Notes: generated from the letters alone by a model not told the origin. 64,000 nt of DNA from Candidatus Bathyarchaeota archaeon (GCA_963833125.1 CAWHWX010000001.1:224001-288000); one strand, 5' to 3'; positions 47,309 through 58,194 are shown, numbered from the stretch's first letter. Translations and numbers: made by a program.

Positions 47309-48172
47309 TCATGACTTGGCTCGCTTCAAAGCTTCCTGGATAGCTTTACGGACGTATACTCTGCTGGTATCCTTTCGGTATTCAGCGGAGGCTCTAATGT
47401 CTGAGATTGGTTTTATTTCGTCAAAGGCTTTCTGAGCCGCTGTGCGAATATTCTCCTCGGTAGGCTCTGCACCTTCTAGAACTTTTTCAGCGCTCTTGAT
47501 TCGAATCGGTGTGGGAGCCACCGAGCCCATCGCGATTCGAGCAACTGAGCAAACTTTCCCGTTCAACGTGAGAAATGCTGCGGCGCTTACGATGGATATT
47601 ATATTGCCTCCGCGTTTTGCCAGCCTAAAGAACGCTCCGCCGCTCTTCGGCGGTGGAATTGGAATTGTCACTTCCGTCACTAATTCGTCTGCCGCGAGCA
47701 CGGTCTTCTTGACGTGCAAGAAGAACTCATTGAGTTTGATGGTTCGTTCGGCTTCTCCCTTTCTAATTTTGAGGCTCGCATCTAACACTAGGAGTGGAGG
47801 GGCACTGTCCGCAGCTGGAGAAGCATTGGCCAAGTTTCCTCCTATTGTGGCTATGTTTCGTACTCCGATCTCACCGACTAGTTGAGAGGCCTCCGCGAGC
47901 ATTGGGATCTTTGTCCGAACGAGTTTGGATAACTCCATATCCCTCATTTTGGTAGCGGCACCAATTCTCAGATGACCGTCTTCTTCGCGGATGTAGCTTA
48001 GTTCTGGGACATTGCTGATGTCAATGATGTGAGTGGGTTTCATAATGCCTTGTTGAAGTAGGAGAACAAGGTCGGTACCACCCGCAAGAACTTTCGATTT
48101 TCCACCGTAACTCGATAAGTAACTTAGCGTCTCCCCCAGGTTCGTCGGACGTAGATACTCGAATTCGTTCAT
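47309..48172 (-). CDS. Xanthine dehydrogenase family FAD-binding subunit (enzyme 2)
   Basis: Motifs LAGGTDL, ATIGGNLANASPAAD, GSVAPTP and DIRASAEYR. Confidence 0.94.
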   Translation of the reverse strand: MNEFEYLRPTNLGETLSYLSSYGGKSKVLAGGTDLVLLLQQGIMKPTHIIDISNVPELSYIREEDGHLRIGAATKMRDMELSKLVRTKIPMLAEASQLVGEIGVRNIATIGGNLANASPAADSAPPLLVLDASLKIRKGEAERTIKLNEFFLHVKKTVLAADELVTEVTIPIPPPKSGGAFFRLAKRGGNIISIVSAAAFLTLNGKVCSVARIAMGSVAPTPIRIKSAEKVLEGAEPTEENIRTAAQKAFDEIKPISDIRASAEYRKDTSRVYVRKAIQEALKRAKS

Positions 48173-48465
48173 TACCCGCCCACCACCGGAGGAAAAATCT
48201 GCAAAATGTCACCATCATGAAGTTCCTTTCTTAGGCCATCTTCTGGTCTTAGCACATCCTTATTCAGGAATATCCGGTAGAATCTCAAATCAATCTGGTT
48301 GTGTGTGTCGAAGAGACTTTCCCTGAACTCTTGGCCGTATTTCTGCGCGAGCGTGTCGAGCGCTTGCCTAACATTAGCTGCCTCAACTTTGGTTTCATTC
48401 TCTCCAGCGATCGCTCTCAGGGCTGAGTGAATTCTCACAACAATTTGCGCCATGTTTGATATCAT
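48172..48465 (-). CDS. MoaD/ThiS/SAMP ubiquitin-like sulfur carrier
   Basis: Beta-grasp pattern ending DGDILQIFPPVVGG with C-terminal GG; overlaps both neighbouring genes. Confidence 0.9.
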   Translation of the reverse strand: MISNMAQIVVRIHSALRAIAGENETKVEAANVRQALDTLAQKYGQEFRESLFDTHNQIDLRFYRIFLNKDVLRPEDGLRKELHDGDILQIFPPVVGG

Positions 48466-50795
48466 GCCCTCGGCCCGCCGGCTTTCTTGATTGCCATAAG
48501 AACCCGTTCGGGATTGATTGGTAGATCCCTGATGCGTATCCCTATGGCGTCTGCAACCGCGTTCGCGATCGAGGCTGGCATTGCAATTAGGGGTGGTTCA
48601 CCAATTCCCTTGGCTCCGAACGGTCCCCACTTGTATGCCTTCTCTATCAGGATTGGTTTCTCGATTTCTGGCATGTCCATTGAGGTTGGCATCAAGTAGT
48701 CCATGAAGTTCGGGTTCCGAACTATCCCGTCTTGGATGATTAAGTCCTCCATTATAGCAAACCCCAGACCCTGAGCGATTCCACCGTGGATTTGGCTCTC
48801 GATTAGTGCAGGGTTGATTGCGAAACCGACATCGTAGGCGGGTGTGATTCTCAGAACCTTGATTTCACCGGTCTCAGTATCAACCTCAACTTCAGTAACG
48901 TGGGCCGCGAAACTGTAGTTAGCGTACGCCTCTCCCAACCCTTTCTCCTGATCGAAGACATTCTTAGGGGCTCGGAAGTAGCCTGTATGTGAAATATTCG
49001 CCCCACGCTCATAGCATTGACGAGCTAGGTCTTTGAACTCGATCTTCTTTTCCGGATTCTTCGCGGAGTAAGCCCATCCATTTCTTATCTCAACATCATT
49101 GGGAGTGCAGTTTAGCAAGTCGGCTGCGATAGCGTTCAGGCTTTGGCGTGCCTTGTACGCGGCAACCATTGCCGCGGCCCCGCCACGTGTCAACCCGCGT
49201 GACGCATGAGTCGGTCCACTGTCGGGCACGGCGCCTGTGTCCGGGTTTTCGCGGTGAATAGCCTCGAACGGGACGCCTAGTATCTCCGCTACAATTTGCA
49301 TATGCCCCGTAAGAGTTCCCTGTCCCACATCTGTGATACCGGTCCTGTACCGAACGCTACCATCCTTGTTGACCATCACGTAGGCCGCGGAATAGTCCGG
49401 CGCGCCACGGCTGGTGCTGTTTCCATGGTACATCAACGCAACGCCGATTCCTCGTCTCTTCGTTCCGCGGATCTTCCTGTAGGATTCTTTCTTTTCTTTC
49501 CATCTAGAGATTCTTGCGCTCTCTACCAGGCACTCCTCCACTCCAACTGAATGGTCGAGCAACTGGTTCGTTGCGGTGTATGATCCGTCACGAAGAACAT
49601 TCTTGAGTCGGAAGTCAACAGGATCCATCCCGAGTTTCTCAGCCAGCTCATCGATCTGAGATTCAGCGGCGAATTCGCCTTGAACGTTCCCGAAACCCCG
49701 GTATGACCCGGAATAGAGATTGTTCGTGTAGACTGAAACAGCGTCAACCTTTACATTTGGTACAACGTACGGTCCCGCCGCATGTACGGCAGACCTCCAT
49801 AGCACATATGGGCCGTGCGAGGCATAGGCGCCTGTATCCGAGGTTAACTCAATCTGTGCCGCTTGCAGTTTTCCATCTTTCGACGCTCCAAGCTTATGTT
49901 TGATCCTGTAGGGGTATCGTTTGTTGTGACAGCAGATCGATTCCTCTCTTGTATGAATTAGCATTGCGGGACGACCGGTTTTCGTCGCGACCAAAGCGAC
50001 GCGTGATGATAATTCAGGTGGGACATCGTCTTTACCTCCAAATCCTCCGCCCGTTGCTGCTTGGATAATGCGGACTTGGTCAAGTGGCACGCCGAGGATT
50101 TTAGCCACATTCATCTGGACGAGGAAGGGTGATTGGGTACCTACGATCACAGTAACGGATCCGTCGGGCTCAGGAAGGCCCAACGCTGCTTCGGGCTCCA
50201 AGTATCCGTGTTCCTGTCTCGGGGTCGAATATTCGTTCTCGACGATGGCGTCGGATTTCTCGAACCCCTTGACAACGTCCCCTTTGCGGACACGGCATTC
50301 GTACATCACATTGCCGTTCTCGTGTATCTTGGGGGCCCCTGATTTCAAAGCCTCTTTGGGGTCAAAGACCGCGGGTAGCGGTGAATAATCCACTTTGACA
50401 AGCTTCAAAGCCTCTATTGCTTGTTCTGGGGTTTCCGCAGCAACGATCGCCACGCCGTCCCCTACGAATCTTACTTTGTCTTTGACAAGCAATGGTTGAT
50501 CCGGGAACGTGAAACCCCAATCATTGATACCCGGAATATCTTTCGCGGTCAACACTGTGACTACGCCAGGCGCAGCGAGAGCATCTTTCGTCTCGATACT
50601 ATTGATTAATGCGTGCGGGTGTGGGCTTCTGAGAATCTTCAAGTAAATCATACGGTCGTAGAAATAATCGCCAGTATACTTGGCTCTCCCAAGCACCTGA
50701 TCGAGAGCACCCGATCGTATTACATTCTTGCCGACAATATCGAAGTTCCTTTTCTTTGAGAAGCTCTCGACGATCTCCAAGTAATCCTGCTGCAA
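48462..50795 (-). CDS. Xanthine dehydrogenase family molybdopterin-binding large subunit (enzyme 2)
   Basis: Motifs RSPHPHA, HGYLEPE, GGGFGGK, RGFGNVQ, THASRG and GPFGAKGIGEP. Probable TTG start at 50795; the ORF extends to 50861. Confidence 0.94.
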   Translation of the reverse strand: MQQDYLEIVESFSKKRNFDIVGKNVIRSGALDQVLGRAKYTGDYFYDRMIYLKILRSPHPHALINSIETKDALAAPGVVTVLTAKDIPGINDWGFTFPDQPLLVKDKVRFVGDGVAIVAAETPEQAIEALKLVKVDYSPLPAVFDPKEALKSGAPKIHENGNVMYECRVRKGDVVKGFEKSDAIVENEYSTPRQEHGYLEPEAALGLPEPDGSVTVIVGTQSPFLVQMNVAKILGVPLDQVRIIQAATGGGFGGKDDVPPELSSRVALVATKTGRPAMLIHTREESICCHNKRYPYRIKHKLGASKDGKLQAAQIELTSDTGAYASHGPYVLWRSAVHAAGPYVVPNVKVDAVSVYTNNLYSGSYRGFGNVQGEFAAESQIDELAEKLGMDPVDFRLKNVLRDGSYTATNQLLDHSVGVEECLVESARISRWKEKKESYRKIRGTKRRGIGVALMYHGNSTSRGAPDYSAAYVMVNKDGSVRYRTGITDVGQGTLTGHMQIVAEILGVPFEAIHRENPDTGAVPDSGPTHASRGLTRGGAAAMVAAYKARQSLNAIAADLLNCTPNDVEIRNGWAYSAKNPEKKIEFKDLARQCYERGANISHTGYFRAPKNVFDQEKGLGEAYANYSFAAHVTEVEVDTETGEIKVLRITPAYDVGFAINPALIESQIHGGIAQGLGFAIMEDLIIQDGIVRNPNFMDYLMPTSMDMPEIEKPILIEKAYKWGPFGAKGIGEPPLIAMPASIANAVADAIGIRIRDLPINPERVLMAIKKAGGPRA

Positions 50796-50992
50796 TAAAT
50801 GACCTTCATTAACGCTCGGAAGAGCCCTCTTAAAAAAGGTTGATTGGATTTTCCCGCGCATGAAATCACGAAGTATGCCGGAGCATCAGAAATAATCCCG
50901 TTTTATTGGTGCCTTTACGGAAATGTAGATTCTCTTCGTGCTCAGGCGGTCAGCCGCATGCATCTCATTGAAGTAACGACTTTCCCTCTCCA

Positions 50993-52153
50993 TCAAAGAG
51001 TTCTCTGAGCAATCCGCTGATAGTAGCCGTAGAATTTTTCAAGTTCACTGATCAACGTGAACTCATCTGATCTATGGGCCAAGTCGAGGAAACCTGGGCC
51101 AAAGTGAACCCCAATAACGTCACGTCCCTTTGTCTTGAGATAGTTGTAGATTTTGTTCAGGTCACTAGCGCCGTTGGAGACCGAAAGCTCTAGGTTCTGG
51201 TCTTTTGCCCAGTTTGCAATAAAACGGTAACCATCCGACTTCGGATCTAACATGAAAGGGTCGGCATGCCAAAGAACCTTAACTCCAATATGTGCATCGA
51301 CAGCGCGGCCAATTCGGCTTGAATATTCCTTCAATTGTTCATGGAAACTCATCCATCTCTCTGATGGAAACAATCGCTTCTCGAATTCCACTTCGCATCG
51401 GTTTGGAGTCCAGGTTGGTTGAGTCCCTCCCTCAATCTTTGCAACATTAATCGGTCCCTTTCCCGTTCGCAAGCCTTTTGGGTTGTATGAGCGCTTGAAC
51501 TCCTCTGTGGATACGGTAAGGCTTGGGTCGTTGATCAAGCCCTCAATATAACGGGTCGCTACCAGGATAGCGTTGTTTGCTTTATGCAGATAGGCTGCAT
51601 GGTAAGAGGATTCATCCGTAGTGATCTCGGTTGACCAATCTAACCCTCCCTCAGCACCGACTAGCACGAATGGTTTTCCCGTTGTTGATTCGCCACTGGG
51701 TTCTGCTTCAACAATGAACTTGGCCTTGTCGAACACGCCTCTTTCACAAAGTATGTCAACCCCCGATTTTTCGTATTCACTTTCTTCGGTCACCTGAAAG
51801 ACTACTCCCAGTTCGTTGTACTGCTTGTACAGCCCTTTCATGATCTCCATAGCGACTCCGACCCCTCCCTTCATATCGGCAGTACCCCTACCCACAATCT
51901 TGTCGCCCCTAATCTTCGGCTGGTAATCTGCGTCTCCAGCCGGGGGTACAACATCCAGGTGTCCGTTCATGACAACTGAGGCTCCGGGGTTGACGACTAC
52001 ATTTCCTAATTCGTCAACCTCAGCTTTCATCCCGCAGTTCTCAAACCAGCCACCCACATACTCTCCAAGCTTTCGCTGACCCTCCGCGTCGTTCCAACAA
52101 CTTGGTCTACTAACTAATTCTGAAACTAGTTTCACCAATTCTTCCGTAACCAC
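50993..52153 (-). CDS. M20 family metallohydrolase (ArgE/DapE-like)
   Basis: Motifs NGHLDVVP, GRGTADMKGG, TEES, AEPS and GPG...AH..DE. Confidence 0.92.
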   Translation of the reverse strand: MVTEELVKLVSELVSRPSCWNDAEGQRKLGEYVGGWFENCGMKAEVDELGNVVVNPGASVVMNGHLDVVPPAGDADYQPKIRGDKIVGRGTADMKGGVGVAMEIMKGLYKQYNELGVVFQVTEESEYEKSGVDILCERGVFDKAKFIVEAEPSGESTTGKPFVLVGAEGGLDWSTEITTDESSYHAAYLHKANNAILVATRYIEGLINDPSLTVSTEEFKRSYNPKGLRTGKGPINVAKIEGGTQPTWTPNRCEVEFEKRLFPSERWMSFHEQLKEYSSRIGRAVDAHIGVKVLWHADPFMLDPKSDGYRFIANWAKDQNLELSVSNGASDLNKIYNYLKTKGRDVIGVHFGPGFLDLAHRSDEFTLISELEKFYGYYQRIAQRTL

Positions 52154-52346
52154 TTTCTTTGACCGACCTTTTCTCAGTTACCGGATCCGTGTGCACCGCA
52201 AGAATATATGTCGTGAGCACCGCTCTCACCAACGAATTAGCAAGAAAAGTTACCGTTCAAATTTCTAAAAAGAAACTCCCTGAACGTACCGAATCCGACA
52301 AAATCACCATCCCCGATCGGTTGGCCTCGGACTGAACAAGCAAAGC

Positions 52347-52386
52347 ATGTTCGCAAATAGGAACATCTTTGTTAAGTGTTATATAC
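52347..52386 (+). promoter_or_regulatory. ATGTTC-N8-GAACAT palindrome followed by BRE/TATA (AAGTGTTATATAC) upstream of an APC permease
   Basis: Perfect 6-8-6 inverted repeat at 52347-52366. The TATA element is nearly identical to 63536-63548 before the paralogous permease. Confidence 0.55.
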
Positions 52387-52420
52387 ATAGGAAAACGCAA
52401 CCTCTCCCTTAGGGTTCTGC

Positions 52421-54049
52421 TTGACTACAGCACGGGTTTTTGTTCGCGAAGCCACTGGTTTAGTGAGAGAGATCTCGCCCTACCAACTTATTTTCTTCAA
52501 TTTCCTGACCGCCCCGATCGTTCCTACGTTAATGTTCTCGATAAATTGGAACCCGAACCTTTTTCCTGGATTTGACTTCAATACAGGGCTTCTAATCATT
52601 ACCCTCCTTGCTATTCCAATGTATTTGACATACGCCATCGTATACGCTGCATTCCCGAAAGCCGGCACAGACTATGTGTTCCAAAGCCGAGTACTAAGCC
52701 CAGGCATCGGTTTCGCGTCAACTTTCGCTTCATGGGTATTTTTCCAATTCTGGTTCATTGCGCTTGAGGGTGCATCGGTTGTTGAAATGTTTCTAGTCCC
52801 GTGGTTGTTCAGCCTCTCGCAGTTTACGGGCAACCCTGGCTATGCGGGGATTGCCACTACGCTTAGTCAACCCAACTCGTTGGCGATAGTCAGCTTTACA
52901 GCAGTGATAGCGGCGGGGCTGATAGTTATGGGGGGGCTTCGGTATTATCTGAAGATTCAGACGGTGCTGTTCTGTGCCGCTGCCGTTGGAGTCGTTGTAA
53001 TGGTGATCATGTTAGCGTCCACTTCGAATAGTGCCTTCATCAGTAATTTTAACTCTCAAGTCTCTAGCATGATCGGATCCTCCGACTCATACAATAAGGT
53101 GATAACCACCGCTCAGAGCGAGAACTACGTCCTCTCACCCGCTTTCACTCTATACGCGTCCATTGGAGGAATGATTACTCCTTGGACCTTCGCACTTGCG
53201 TGGACCATGTTCGGAAACCTTGGCCTTGGGGGAGAAGTGAAGTCTGCAGGTTCCGTTAAGACTCAGATGATAACAATCCTTGGATCGTTCTTCCTAATAG
53301 TCATAGGTTTGTTCGTGCTTTGGAACCTATTCATCGGCATGATGGGCCAGACGTTCTGGAATGCAATGGCGACCCTAGCGTGGAATGCAGACCCGCTACT
53401 AAACAAGCTGCCAAGTTTCTTCTACACGCAGCCCGCATCCTACGTCTTTCTATACGGCACAAATAACATCGTTCTCGGTACGATCTGGGCGATAGCAGGA
53501 GCACTAACCTTTATCGCGACCATCTTCACAATCTACACCCTTGTCGCAAGAATGGTGTTTGCTCACACCTTTGACCGGCTGTTCCCCGAGAAATTGGCGT
53601 ACATAACCGAGAGGACGAGGACGCCGGTTTACATCATGATAGTCATGATCATACTTGCCTGCGCATGGACTTACGGCGTCTTATACTACGCCTCAATTCT
53701 TTACGCTTACCTAGCGTCGGTTGAATTCATGATCTCCGCCACGATCATCTTGACCATGATCGGCGCAATATTCTTCCAGTTCCGAATGAAACGTTACTTC
53801 GAGCAGTCTCCCGCAAGACGCTACCGCGTCGCCATCATTCCTCTCGCCATAATCGGAGTCTTCGTGAATCTGCTTGTAATCTACTATCTGTGGACCGTCC
53901 CAGCTCTCCTAGCGACAACCCCACAGTCAGAATCACTCATCGTTGGAGTCTTCGTCATTGGCCTAGTATACTACTTCATAATGAAAGCATACAGGAAGAG
54001 CACGGGCCTTAACCTAGGCGACGCTTTCAAGGAAATTCCACCAGACTAA
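52421..54049 (+). CDS. APC family amino acid/amine permease
   Basis: Motifs VFVREATGLVRE, P..GTDYV, GGEVK, R..FAHTFDRLFP and FKEIPPD; many TM helices. Confidence 0.92.
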   Translation: MTTARVFVREATGLVREISPYQLIFFNFLTAPIVPTLMFSINWNPNLFPGFDFNTGLLIITLLAIPMYLTYAIVYAAFPKAGTDYVFQSRVLSPGIGFASTFASWVFFQFWFIALEGASVVEMFLVPWLFSLSQFTGNPGYAGIATTLSQPNSLAIVSFTAVIAAGLIVMGGLRYYLKIQTVLFCAAAVGVVVMVIMLASTSNSAFISNFNSQVSSMIGSSDSYNKVITTAQSENYVLSPAFTLYASIGGMITPWTFALAWTMFGNLGLGGEVKSAGSVKTQMITILGSFFLIVIGLFVLWNLFIGMMGQTFWNAMATLAWNADPLLNKLPSFFYTQPASYVFLYGTNNIVLGTIWAIAGALTFIATIFTIYTLVARMVFAHTFDRLFPEKLAYITERTRTPVYIMIVMIILACAWTYGVLYYASILYAYLASVEFMISATIILTMIGAIFFQFRMKRYFEQSPARRYRVAIIPLAIIGVFVNLLVIYYLWTVPALLATTPQSESLIVGVFVIGLVYYFIMKAYRKSTGLNLGDAFKEIPPD

Positions 54050-54157
54050 ACACAAGAAACGAGAATGGCTGAATCTGAATCACCTTCGAGAATAGATTCT
54101 CACTTTTTCGAGACTCTCACCCTCATCTATGAGCAACAGTTAGAGCGGTGACAGCAC

Positions 54158-55338
54158 TTAGAATTTTCTTATGCCTTCCCACGCAAAGTTGTCTTCGGAC
54201 CAAATAGCGTCAACAAGGTCCCAGATGAGGTTACAAGACTCGCCACGCCAAAAGCTCACGTTCTCGTCGTAACCGACAAGACCATTGCGCAAATCGGACT
54301 CTCAAACCGGTTGTCGGCTCCGCTGAAGGATAAGGGGCATGAGGTCGAAGTCTACAGTGAGATTACTGGTGAGCCTGCTCTCGCGACCGCGGAATCAGTC
54401 GCTCAATATGTTAGGGATCGGAAGTTCGATGTTGTCGTTGGATTGGGAGGAGGTAGTTGCATGGACATGGCAAAGATGGGAGCGGTAGCCGCAACTAACC
54501 CTAAACCCATCAAGGAATACATCGCATTCCTGGAAGACCGAATCGAGAACAAGACACTTCCCAAAATTCTGATACCTACAACCGCCGGCACGGGGAGCGA
54601 GGGTACCTCATACGCTGGTAGTTGTTGAGGGCGCATTCAAGAATTTCATGACAAGCCCCTCCGTAGTCGCGGACGTTTCAGTCATCGATCCCGCACTCAT
54701 GGCCTCCTGCCCACCCAAACAAACAGCTGGTAGCGGCCTTGACGCTCTCTCAATGCATAGAACCCTACCTATCCAAGGCCAGCGACATATTCTCCGACAC
54801 CTTCGCGATCAGGGGCATACAGCTGATCTCCAAAAACCTGAAGCAAGCCTACAAACAAGGCGACAACCTAGACGCACGTACGGGAATGGCACTGGGCGCA
54901 TTCTACGGCGGAATAGCAATCAGCACTGCAGCCGGCGTGATCCTGGGACACTGCATATCAGAGACGATCGGTCCCCGCTACAAGATTCCGCACGGACTTG
55001 CTTGTGGCATAGCCCTACCCTACACCGTGAAATTCAACATACCAGCCGCCCCCGAACGAATCGCCTCCCTCCTGCCACTACTGTCCAACGAGAAAGTCAG
55101 AGGCATGAAGGCGAGGGCTAACAAAGTCGTACAAGTTATCAGTAGACTTGTCAAAGAGCTCGGAGTATCTTTGGCGTTGAAGGACTACGGAATCTCCAAG
55201 GAACAGGCCCTAGATGTGGCCAAGTTCATCGCAAACGAACAACAGAAAAACTACGCCCTACCAGATCTAAACCCTAGACCGATCAATGAAACAGGGATGA
55301 ATTCACTCTTCGAGGATATGTGGAAAGGAAAAATCTAG
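54158..55338 (+). CDS. Iron-containing alcohol dehydrogenase family protein (frameshifts near 54616 and 54748; start uncertain)
   Basis: Motifs FPRKVVFG, GGGSCMD.AK, PTTAGTGSE, IDP, reconstructed DALSQCIE, GHC and IPHG, spread over three ORF-track fragments. Confidence 0.85.
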
Positions 55339-55459
55339 AGAGGTTCATGCCTGTATAACCGCGGCGACCTAACGTAGGGCATGTCGCAGTCCCATCTACT
55401 TCAATGGAAATGGGACTTGTATCTTAATAGTTGCAGTGCGTCGATGAGGGCGATGTTAT

Positions 55460-56796
55460 ATGCCTACTCCTGAAGTAGAGCAATACGTAACCCACACCCC
55501 AACTTCAAAGAAGAATTACGATGCCCTATCTTCCATAATTCCTGGTGGCGTCAACACCGCCATCCAATATTTCCCTCCTTATCCGCTATACATGGCTAAG
55601 GGCTTGGGGGTAGGTTGTGGGATGTCGACGGTAAGGAGTATGTCGACCACTGCCTGGCCTACGGCGCAATGACAGCAGGCCACGCAAATCCGGTCATCCT
55701 CGAAGCGATTAGGAATCAGCTGGGTCGAGGAACGTTACATGGCTTTCAGGGCGAAGGTTCTGAGGAACTCGCACGTGAAATTATTAGACGTTACCCGGCC
55801 GTGGAAATGTTGCGCTTCGCAAACACTGGCCTTGAAGCCACATTCTACGCAACCAGGCTAGCAAGGGCTGCTACCGGACGAAAACTGGTGGTCAAGATGG
55901 AGGGCGCTTACCACGGAGCGCACGATATGCTCTTAGTCAGCGACAAACCCCGACGACGACTTCTAGGATCTCGATACAACCCAGCCTCCACCGCAGACTC
56001 ACTGGGTACCCCCGACGAAGTAGTCAAACAAACGCTCGTAGTGCACTTCAACGACGCAGAAGGGCTGGAGAGGATGATGAAGAAGCATGAAAATGAAATT
56101 GCAGCGATCATAACCGAACCTGTCCAGTCTAATAGTGGAATAATTCCCCCGGAGAAGGGCTACTTTGATGCTGTAAGAAAACTCTGCGACGACTACGGTG
56201 TGATCCTAATCATCGACGAAGTCAAAACCGGATGCAACCTGGCCGAGGGCGGCGGGACGCAACTGTTCGGAGTGAAACCGGATTTGATGACGTTCGCGAA
56301 AGCGATTGGGGGCGGTACGCCGTTGGCGGCTTTCGGTGGCAAGAGAGAGCTCATGGAGCTCATCACTCCACTTGGGGGCGCGGTGCACTATGGTACGTAT
56401 AATGGTAACCCGTTATCGGTAGCCGCTGGAACTGCCTGCCTCAAGAACGTTATGACGCCGACAACGTATGCGAAGATCATGAAGTTTGGAGAGGAACTCT
56501 ACAAGGGCATTGGAGACGCGATCGCAGATACGAAAACAAAGGCCTCCCTAGGTCATTGTACTATGATGGGGACTATATTCTTCGGTCTAGATGAGGCCCC
56601 GAAGAATTACCGCGAAGCTGCAGAATGCGATTCGAAAACGTGGTATAGGTATTGGATTAACATGCTTAACCGCGGCGTGATTCCCTCAGGTTCAGCATGG
56701 TTCGAGGAATGGATGGTGTCTTCAATGCATGAACCGAACGACATCAAGAAATCCATACAAGCCACATATGAAACGCTCAAAGCGATCAAACCGTAG
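55460..56796 (+). CDS. Class III PLP aminotransferase, GSA-aminomutase-like (frameshift in G5 near 55608)
   Basis: PGGVNT N-terminus; motifs WDVDGKEYVD, GAYHGAHD, DEVKTG, AKAIGGG and GTYNGNP. Confidence 0.9.
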
Positions 56797-56841
56797 TTCT
56801 TCCGGAAGTTGGCAGTTTAAGTTCGTAGGGGTAGGGTATCC

Positions 56842-58194
56842 CTAAGCCAATATTTCTTCCACAGAATCTTGAAACACTTTGGTGTGTTGATCTACATCCC
56901 TTTGGGTACTGTAGGGTGACAGGAGCGCCATGTTGTGAAAGGGGGTTAGAAGAATTCCCCGGTTCAGCGAATACAGATGCATATACTTACTCAGAAGCCA
57001 ATCAGCGGCAGCTTCCGCATCAGAGCCATTCCTCGATGGAGTGCGGCGAAATTGGTATTCGACGCGCGCCCCCAAACGGACTGAATGCCAAGGAACACCA
57101 GTGTTGCGAATTGTTGACTGAACGCCTTCGTTGAAGGATTTTGCTAAAGCGATCATGTGATGGAAGGCTCTTTGAGTGGCCACTTTCTCCAAGGTTGCTC
57201 GTATAGCGGCTAGGGCGAGAGCGTTCCCGTTCATAGTGCCCCCAACACCATTGACATCTGTCTTCGCCGCGAGCATGTTAGGACTAGTCTTACGGAAAAT
57301 TTCCTTGCTCATTCCGAATGCGGCTGCAGGAATACCGCCGCCTAAGGGTTTTCCTAGGGTGATCATGTCCGGCTTTAACCGATAGGCCCCAGAGTAACCG
57401 CCGGGACCAGTGCACCAGGTATGCGTTTCGTCGACAATCCACACGGTGCCAGTTTTTCGTGTGATCTCCCTCACGCCATCGAGGTAACCTTTCTCGGGCA
57501 ATACGATTCCACAATTCGTCATAGCCGGTTCCATTAGAACCGCGGCCACGTCTCGCGGATCAAGGGCGTGTTGCATAGCGTCGAGGTCGTTGTACTCAAC
57601 AATTTTTGTCGTAAGCATTGGATGAACAGATGGTGGCATTACACCCGCTCTAGTTTCCACGTTGCCATTTACAATCCGAACAAGTGTCTCGTCTACGGTT
57701 CCATGGTAACAACCGTTGAAAACTAGAATCTTCCGCCTACCCGTTGCCTCCCGCGCAATACGAAGAGCGAAACGATTTACGTCAGTACCCGTCATCGCGA
57801 TCTGCCAGTAAGGGAGACGAAAGCGGCTGGCGAGCTCCTTACCCACCCAAATCGAGTTCTCGGTGGGCAGCATCATTGTAATCCCCTTCCGCAGCTGCAA
57901 CGTAGCGGCGTTTACCGTAGCCGGGGGCGAATGACCGAACATTGCACCCGAATCTCCGAGGCAAAAGTCGACGTAAGTGTGTCCATCCACGTCGAAGACT
58001 TTGGAGCCGTTGCCTTCTTTTGCGAAAAGAGGGAATGAGCCGGGCCACTGAATCATCCAGTGCATCGGAACGCCCCCAATCAAGGCCTTTTTTGCTCGCT
58101 CGAACAGCTTCTTCGATTTCGGGTGGAGTTCCGAGAAAGTATTCTTCTCCCGCGCCATGATTCTTTTTACTTTGGTGTACTCAATGATTGTCAT
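56842..58194 (-). CDS. Class III PLP aminotransferase, GSA-aminomutase-like
   Basis: Motifs GGVPMHWM, DVDGHTYVDFCLGD, GCYHG, DETHT, GKPLGGG and GGTMNGN. Confidence 0.9.
   Translation of the reverse strand: MTIIEYTKVKRIMAREKNTFSELHPKSKKLFERAKKALIGGVPMHWMIQWPGSFPLFAKEGNGSKVFDVDGHTYVDFCLGDSGAMFGHSPPATVNAATLQLRKGITMMLPTENSIWVGKELASRFRLPYWQIAMTGTDVNRFALRIAREATGRRKILVFNGCYHGTVDETLVRIVNGNVETRAGVMPPSVHPMLTTKIVEYNDLDAMQHALDPRDVAAVLMEPAMTNCGIVLPEKGYLDGVREITRKTGTVWIVDETHTWCTGPGGYSGAYRLKPDMITLGKPLGGGIPAAAFGMSKEIFRKTSPNMLAAKTDVNGVGGTMNGNALALAAIRATLEKVATQRAFHHMIALAKSFNEGVQSTIRNTGVPWHSVRLGARVEYQFRRTPSRNGSDAEAAADWLLSKYMHLYSLNRGILLTPFHNMALLSPYSTQRDVDQHTKVFQDSVEEILA

Noticed and set aside
43125-50861. Aerobic CO dehydrogenase (CoxLMS form I)
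   Set aside because: Both large subunits have THASRG rather than the AYxCSFR motif.
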